Of a stretch of 33,072 bases of DNA, positions 28,241 through 33,072 are shown piece after piece. The stretch lies in IMG/VR virus record IMGVR_UViG_3300035396_000152, positions 1-33,072 of that record, one strand, 5' to 3'. Position 1 is the stretch's first letter. Every line of letters starts with the position of its first letter. A program made the position numbers and the translations under genes. The DNA comes from a virus. Lineage: Duplodnaviria > Caudoviricetes. The notes under the pieces were generated by a model, which worked only from the letters and a program-made list of their open reading frames with translations, did no database searches and had not been told where the DNA came from.

Positions 28241-28552
28241 TTCTCTTTTTGAAAGCCGTTACACATCTGCATCACCTCATGACCCTCCCCATGTGCCGTA
28301 CCTGTGTCATGACCGCGCCCCTCTCTCTGATAGCGGTGAGTCCTCGCTCGTACTGAGACATGGATATCTGTGCCTCGTATCGTATGCGTGATGCTGAGGG
28401 CTGTACGTGTGGTGCGTTGGGTACGGACATGCTACGTAGTATCCGTTGTATCTCTACCCGTGCCCTCATGCCGCCCCCTACAGCTACGACCTGACAGTCT
28501 CGGTCATAAACTACCCCTACGCGCACGCCCGAAGAGTACGAGCAAAGATGTT

Positions 28553-28858
28553 TTATACGCATACCGTCAACTCCTTATGTTCGCCACATATCCAATCCTT
28601 TCTAACTGCTGGATATGAAGCAAGTATGTCGGTATGGTTGCGAGTGGGCGGGTATCTACGACACAGACCAAAGGGCTTATGCGTACTGCGATAGATGCAG
28701 GTTTCACAGCTTTGGGCCGTATCTTCTTGCGGTTTGTCGACTGCAACCTCATCAATAGTTTTAGTTGTGACTGCTATCTGATTTTCTGACTGCGTAGCGC
28801 TGGCTTTTACGGTAAGACCCCCATCGCGGTCGTGGTATCTGTTATTATGCTTTGACAT
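28553..28858 (-). CDS. Small Cys-rich phage protein
   Basis: CETC...GLCRRYPP...YPAV...W.CGE pattern; GAGGAGG RBS. Confidence 0.7.
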   Translation of the reverse strand: MSKHNNRYHDRDGGLTVKASATQSENQIAVTTKTIDEVAVDKPQEDTAQSCETCIYRSTHKPFGLCRRYPPTRNHTDILASYPAVRKDWICGEHKELTVCV

Positions 28859-28924
28859 CTTCCCTCCTCTTTTTCATCTCTTCCCCCTCAAATCTTTCAC
28901 GCATATAAACTACTATTGCTGATA

Positions 28925-29560
28925 TCATTTTTTACCTCTCTTAGTTTTACTTGCTTCTGCCTCGCAGTCCCAACACGCCCAGTGTGTAGTTATGCCAGAC
29001 CCTACAACGTCCCCGGCTGTACCAAGTTCTTTTCCACACTGTGTACACAGCGGTTTCTTTGATTGTTTCCATTGTGCAAATCCTACGGCTAATTGCATTT
29101 CTTTTAACGCGGCGTAATTTGCGCTTACTTCTTTCTTGATAGTTGCTTCACGTTTTTGCGCTTCAAGCAGGCGCTCAATTTCCGATATATTAACCGTGCA
29201 AAATTCGCACAGTCCACTCATGTCCGCTATCGTTCTATCTACCATTTGAAGCCGTATTTTGTTTGGTTCTTTCTCATTATACCAATACTCTATACCCTGC
29301 CACGTTATCTTATCTTTGCCAACAACAAGCTTGTCAAGGTTCGGGGTTATATAATTCGGGGTAATACCTAAATGCTCAGCAAAACTTTCGGCACCTCTTT
29401 CTCTAATCGGATCAGGTGAAGCCTCGTTTTTCTCTTTCCAAAACTTATCAAACGCTTTTTTCTGCCGCCTTTCTGCCGCAAAAATAATAATCCAAAAACT
29501 CACTATCACTATCAATGCACCAGCACCTATACCTACAAATCCACTAACAATCTGACTCAT
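28925..29560 (-). CDS. Membrane-anchored protein with C-terminal CxxC...CxxC
   Basis: N-terminal hydrophobic helix; CTQC and CWDC. Confidence 0.65.
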   Translation of the reverse strand: MSQIVSGFVGIGAGALIVIVSFWIIIFAAERRQKKAFDKFWKEKNEASPDPIRERGAESFAEHLGITPNYITPNLDKLVVGKDKITWQGIEYWYNEKEPNKIRLQMVDRTIADMSGLCEFCTVNISEIERLLEAQKREATIKKEVSANYAALKEMQLAVGFAQWKQSKKPLCTQCGKELGTAGDVVGSGITTHWACWDCEAEASKTKRGKK

Positions 29561-29817
29561 GACTTTATCCTTTTGTTTATTTTTACCCGTTTTGTTTGTT
29601 TACTTTTTTTAATTGGCAACTGCTTTATTAGCGATATGCTTACAGGTGTCTGATTATGTAGCCCCTCTCTCGCAAACCAATAATCATTAGAATCATTTAA
29701 AAATACAAGAATATTTATAGTTGCTTGACCTGTAATCATATCCAATTCAGTTTCCTGAATTCGCCCCATAATGCTTTTCCCTGCACCAGTAGGACACTTT
29801 TTTGCAAGATTACTCAT
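29557..29817 (-). CDS. Hypothetical protein
   Basis: Track ORF; start moved to MSNLAK behind GGAAGG. Confidence 0.5.
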   Translation of the reverse strand: MSNLAKKCPTGAGKSIMGRIQETELDMITGQATINILVFLNDSNDYWFAREGLHNQTPVSISLIKQLPIKKSKQTKRVKINKRIKS

Positions 29818-29913
29818 AGTAATTTCTTTCCTTCCCATCATTCCCCCCTCATTATGTTAAGTGCTTCTTGTTCCGATCTTGCAACTCTTCATAATATTTT
29901 GCCTGTAGTGGAC

Positions 29914-30096
29914 TCACTTACCCCTCCCTTTCTTTGTTTCAATTATCTTTCTTTCCCCTGGCTTAACTTCTCTCCCCTTATCGTTAATCCACGCGCAACG
30001 CTCATATCCACGCTTCCAGCTTCTAACGCAGTGCTTTGTGCATATATCGGCGCTCTCTGAATGCTGACAATCTTTACCGCTGCATGGACAATACAT
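29914..30096 (-). CDS. Small Cys-rich protein
   Basis: GGAGG RBS; six Cys in 60 aa. Confidence 0.55.
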   Translation of the reverse strand: MYCPCSGKDCQHSESADICTKHCVRSWKRGYERCAWINDKGREVKPGERKIIETKKGRGK

Positions 30097-30241
30097 TTGC
30101 TACCTCCGGCACTGGCTTAACCCTCACTATCGCACCGCCCTTACGACATGAACAATCCTTATCTGTACAACGGAAATAGTAGTCGCTGTTTTTGCTATTG
30201 TTGTGTTCAGCGGGTGATCCGCATTTTTCACAGTATGACAT
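30074..30241 (-). CDS. Small zinc-ribbon-like protein (55 aa)
   Basis: Not in track; MSYCEKCGSPAEHNNSKNSDYYFRCTDKDC...; TAATG coupling to the upstream gene. Confidence 0.55.
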   Translation of the reverse strand: MSYCEKCGSPAEHNNSKNSDYYFRCTDKDCSCRKGGAIVRVKPVPEVANVLSMQR

Positions 30242-30702
30242 TAACGCGCTCCCCTTTTTATAGCAACATCATACTGCCAGCTACGCCCCCAGAACATCAT
30301 TACGGCATCGCGTCCGTGCTCGGAGGTTTTTTGTGTCCATCCGGTTAATCTCGCAAACGCAACAGGATCGTTTTTGGTTTTGTTTCCTTTACGTGGAGGT
30401 ACGGCAATGTATTCGATTTTGTTTCGATACATCCACTCCATAAGTAAAGATGCGTCTCGTTTATTTTTACCGACGCCCTGTGAAATTTTACCGCGCACCG
30501 CATGGCTTAATCCCTGGAATTTTGCGTACAACGATTTATTAACGTTTGGGTTTTCTATATAAACCAAAACGGCCAGCCCAGATTCTTGGTACTTTTCTAG
30601 TGTGCCTATGATATCCCAAAAAGTTGTCGTGATTACAGCGCTCAAGTGTCCATCGATTAAAATAGCTAGTCCTTTTGATGGGTCGACTCCGATAATTATC
30701 AC
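30241..30702 (-). CDS. RuvC-like (RNase H fold) nuclease / Holliday junction resolvase
   Basis: IIIGVDP, VYIENP, TGW...SEH.RDA acidic catalytic pattern; GTG start behind GAGGAGG. Confidence 0.75.
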   Translation of the reverse strand: MIIIGVDPSKGLAILIDGHLSAVITTTFWDIIGTLEKYQESGLAVLVYIENPNVNKSLYAKFQGLSHAVRGKISQGVGKNKRDASLLMEWMYRNKIEYIAVPPRKGNKTKNDPVAFARLTGWTQKTSEHGRDAVMMFWGRSWQYDVAIKRGAR

Positions 30703-30748
30703 AAACCGCCTCCTCTCATAAGTATTTGAAAATAACATTTACCGCCCA

Positions 30749-31165
30749 TCATTTACCCCCTTTAATTATTATCAGCTCTTGACGTGCTTTAACTATCTCT
30801 TTCGCAAAATTTTTATTATACGCTATGTGGTTCTCGTTGTTAAGCTCTTCGTTAATTTCTTCTAAGTGTCGCAAACACTTTTCAATGGATAATGTTTTCA
30901 TTGGCTTTGTTAGTTGCTTTGTTGCGCTGCCTTTAATTTTCTTTATACATTTTGGACACAAGCACTTATTAGGAGAAACATAGACCGTAGAACATCCATT
31001 GCACTTCCACTCTTCACAATTAGTCCCTTGTATATGTCCTAAATATTTTATTTTGTCAAGTCCAATAGTTTTCTCCATATCCTCTATTCTCTTCTCTATT
31101 TTCCTTTTAAGCAAAAATGTTTTTCTTATTTTTGTGAATATTTTTTCAGCATCCTTGACTTCCAT
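30749..31165 (-). CDS. Hypothetical protein with CxxC...CxxC
   Basis: GAGGAGG RBS; CNGC and CPKC. Confidence 0.7.
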   Translation of the reverse strand: MEVKDAEKIFTKIRKTFLLKRKIEKRIEDMEKTIGLDKIKYLGHIQGTNCEEWKCNGCSTVYVSPNKCLCPKCIKKIKGSATKQLTKPMKTLSIEKCLRHLEEINEELNNENHIAYNKNFAKEIVKARQELIIIKGGK

Positions 31166-31218
31166 TTTTTCCTCCTCGAAAGTTTACTTGCGTTCTGTCT
31201 TGCACAAAATGTTATTGC

Positions 31219-31270
31219 ATCTAAGTTTTAGCATGATGCCGTTTTAATGGCATTCATGCTATTGTTGGGC
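31219..31270 (-). repeat. attC-like site E (degenerate R')
   Basis: GCCCAAC AATA GCATGAATGCC ATTAAAAC GGCATCATGC TAAAA CTTAGAT; the GTT core reads CTT. Confidence 0.65.
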
Positions 31271-31687
31271 GTTGTTGCCCACAGTGCTAGGGATGGCACT
31301 CTTAATTTCACATGGTGTTACTACTTCAATATCAAAAGTCCTTGTTACTTCCGATGTATAGCTTAGGATTGAACCACACTCGCCGCATTCATAATCTTTG
31401 CTTTCGTCTTTCGCTTCCCACGAGTCATGATTTTCACAGCCACATACAGGACATTTTATATAGGGCTCATAGTACAATTCTTTTTCATCCATATTTATAT
31501 TGATAGGCTTCAAAAAACCAACATTCTGCTTTAGTAGTGCGCTTGCTATTTTGTATTTTTTGTCACCGATAGATACTATGTCTCCAAACTCTACATCATC
31601 TCGCTCACACAAGATATGAGCAGAAGATGGGTCGAAGTTTTCAGTGTAAATTATGTGTTTGTCTTGTGGTCTCAGTATTAGCTTCAT
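31259..31687 (-). CDS. Zinc-ribbon-containing hypothetical protein (cassette gene)
   Basis: CPVCG...DSWE...ECGECG; stop falls inside attC-like site E. Confidence 0.75.
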   Translation of the reverse strand: MKLILRPQDKHIIYTENFDPSSAHILCERDDVEFGDIVSIGDKKYKIASALLKQNVGFLKPININMDEKELYYEPYIKCPVCGCENHDSWEAKDESKDYECGECGSILSYTSEVTRTFDIEVVTPCEIKSAIPSTVGNNAQQ

Positions 31688-31723
31688 TGTCTCTTTCCTT
31701 TCTTCTTAGCGCCACTCTTAATT

Positions 31724-31882
31724 TTATTTTCTGCCTTTGCATTTTTCTCTGTCTTCATTACATCCTTTACATGGGTCTCCTTGTGCATTCACTAATCCAA
31801 AACAAATTTGACCAGGAAGAGTACAGGTTTTTGGCACATAACCTTGACGAATACATAAATCTAACATGATGTCTTTTTCCAT
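31724..31882 (-). CDS. Small Cys-rich protein (52 aa, cassette gene)
   Basis: Not in track; AAAGGA RBS; MEKDIMLDLCIRQGYVPKTCTLPGQICFGLVNAQGDPCKGCNEDREKCKGRK. Confidence 0.7.
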   Translation of the reverse strand: MEKDIMLDLCIRQGYVPKTCTLPGQICFGLVNAQGDPCKGCNEDREKCKGRK

Positions 31883-31913
31883 AATTCCTTTCTTTGTCTT
31901 GTGGTGGTTTTGC

Positions 31914-31968
31914 GTACAACGTTTGCCGCTTTGTGAAGCGTACTAGTTTTATAAAGCGGCTGTTGAGT
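31914..31968 (-). repeat. attC-like site D
   Basis: ACTCAAC A GCCGCTTTAT...ACAAAGCGGC AAAC GTTGTAC. Confidence 0.7.
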
Positions 31969-31991
31969 GCTGTTGTAAATCGCATTCCATA

Positions 31992-32195
31992 TTATTCCTG
32001 CGCGGCGATTCTTTTTCCGTACTCCAGGCCGTACAGAAACATACGGAAAGCATTGTTTGTCTCACCGTGCTGATACCAGTTGCCAACAGGTGCGTTTATT
32101 TCTTTGTCAAACCGATAACGGCCAAACCCATAGTTAGAAACTGTTCTCTCGAAAAACTCGACCGCTTCGTACCACTCTTTTGATTTTGGTTTCAT
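31992..32195 (-). CDS. Hypothetical protein (cassette gene)
   Basis: GAGGAG RBS; 67 aa. Confidence 0.75.
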   Translation of the reverse strand: MKPKSKEWYEAVEFFERTVSNYGFGRYRFDKEINAPVGNWYQHGETNNAFRMFLYGLEYGKRIAAQE

Positions 32196-32253
32196 TTTCT
32201 TCTCCTCGCCGCGCCTATAATAAATTGTATTGTCTTGGCGCGAATTAAATTTC

Positions 32254-32344
32254 CTACAACGTATCTGCTATGGTGAAGTTGCGTACTCGCAATTTGGGTC
32301 GGAGCTTGCGGAAGCAAGCGTAGCCACCATAGCTTTTGTTGGAT
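32254..32344 (-). repeat. attC-like site C (long central region)
   Basis: ATCCAAC AAAA GCTATGGTG...CACCATAGC AGATAC GTTGTAG. Confidence 0.7.
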
Positions 32345-32603
32345 GCTGTGCTTTTGCGCGTGCCTTTGGTTCTTTCTTAACCATTATTTTGAAATAAATT
32401 GTTTTTATGTCATACCCTCTTTTCTCAAGTTCCTCGACAAAGGAATCGTCAAATTTAATACCTATATCTGCACCAATGTCAATGCTTGGTCTTTTGCTAC
32501 ATAAAACATTATTGAGTAAAGCCCCATCACACCGTCTTGGATAGCGGAACAGAATATCCTTTTGTCTTTTATCCCACATTGCTGATAATGAAAACTTCCC
32601 CAT
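32268..32603 (-). CDS. Hypothetical protein (cassette gene, reads into attC-like site)
   Basis: Start MGKFSL behind AAAGGA; SFVEELEKRGYDIKT. Confidence 0.7.
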   Translation of the reverse strand: MGKFSLSAMWDKRQKDILFRYPRRCDGALLNNVLCSKRPSIDIGADIGIKFDDSFVEELEKRGYDIKTIYFKIMVKKEPKARAKAQHPTKAMVATLASASSDPNCEYATSP

Positions 32604-32658
32604 CTTATTTCCTTTCGAGTGTGAAACACGCGCTACTGTCTTCGCGCAAAACAATTGC

Positions 32659-32716
32659 TTACAACGTATCAGGCATGATGCCGTGTTCCTGCATGGCAAT
32701 CATGCCGTTGTTGTGT
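32659..32716 (-). repeat. attC-like site B
   Basis: ACACAAC AACG GCATGATTGCC...GGCATCATGC CTGATAC GTTGTAA. Confidence 0.75.
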
Positions 32717-32930
32717 GTTGTTTGAGCGATGCAACCAGGGATGGTTGCTCTTCTGCCTCAATTATATCCTTCATAGTTATTCCCGAACTCCCACTTAATG
32801 GGTGCTTCATCGTTCTATATGCAAACTTAGCTTTGTTGCATTTAGTACATCTACAAATCTGAATCAGAAAATGGGCGTTGTAGTTTATAAAATCTACATC
32901 TCTCCATTTTGTGTATTTATGAAAGCACAT
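32700..32930 (-). CDS. Small C-H...C-x2-C protein (cassette gene)
   Basis: MCFHKYTKW...QICRCTKCNK; stop lies inside attC-like site B. Confidence 0.65.
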   Translation of the reverse strand: MCFHKYTKWRDVDFINYNAHFLIQICRCTKCNKAKFAYRTMKHPLSGSSGITMKDIIEAEEQPSLVASLKQHTTTA

Positions 32931-32980
32931 TTTTATTCTTTCTGTGCAACACGATGTTGCACTCTTATCGCTCAAATTTC

Positions 32981-33041
32981 ACACAACGTTGGAGCATGAT
33001 GCTGTGCCGCTTTGGGCATTGCATTCATGCGGTTGTTGTGC
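32981..33041 (-). repeat. attC-like site A
   Basis: GCACAAC AACC GCATGAATGC...GCATCATGC TCCAAC GTTGTGT. Confidence 0.75.
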
Positions 33042-33072
33042 GATGTAAACCATGCCACTGCCTTTAGTAATA

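Larger units (their letters stand above)
31219..33041 (-). mobile_element. Array of attC-like-delimited gene cassettes (integron-like, no integrase in window)
   Basis: Five related hairpin sites of the form NNNCAAC-4 nt-GC arm...arm GC-6/7 nt-GTTGTNN, each placed between short co-oriented genes. Confidence 0.75.

Noticed and set aside
28272-28562. 96-aa minus-strand ORF
   Set aside because: No RBS or recognisable motif; the open frame is favoured by the AA-depleted composition, which removes TAA stops.
30165-30206. Sixth attC-like site (ACACAAC AATAG...CTATT TCC GTTGTAC on minus strand)
   Set aside because: Only ~42 bp, weak arms, and it lies in the middle of a plausible zinc-ribbon ORF; chance or a heavily decayed relic.
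31767-31985. Track ORF of 72 aa on the minus strand
   Set aside because: It spans attC-like site D without an RBS; a better gene (31724..31882) with RBS lies in another frame.
167-32999. Plus-strand ORFs of the track (e.g. 7128..7754, 12974..13441, 27185..27541)
   Set aside because: They are antisense shadows of well-supported minus-strand genes and have no motifs.
31219-33041. CRISPR array interpretation of the spaced hairpin repeats
   Set aside because: The repeats differ in sequence and length, the intervening segments are 260-650 bp and gene-containing, and no cas genes are present.
31219-33041. Hairpins as ordinary intrinsic terminators
   Set aside because: No U-tracts on the coding strand, and the conserved CAAC/GTTG ends with fixed spacers are not terminator features.

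Overview
A 33-kb segment of a tailed dsDNA phage (siphovirus-like). Every credible gene lies on the minus strand. In transcription order (right to left) it contains: (1) small accessory genes separated by five attC-like hairpin repeats, forming an integron-cassette-like array with no integrase in the window; (2) a RuvC-like nuclease and small Cys-rich genes; (3) a probable cos region; (4) a ParB-like/DNA methyltransferase, small and large (GpA-type) terminases; (5) gpW-like protein, lambda-type portal, S49 protease with nested scaffold, decoration protein with a lectin-like extension, and Mu gpT-like major capsid; (6) neck and tail genes, including a beta-helix/Ig-fused tail terminator, two paralogous tail tube genes, a -1 frameshifted tail chaperone, tape measure, hub and fibre; (7) a stand-alone V4R-type sensor domain, a lysis module and a terminator; (8) a replication module with a pseudoknot-like leader, an initiator with internal iterons and a DnaB-like helicase; (9) small genes ending in a truncated pentapeptide-repeat gene. 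The most unusual signal is the cassette array at about 31.2-33.05 kb, where each cassette's two ends are mutually complementary. All family calls come from motif recognition by eye; no searches were run.
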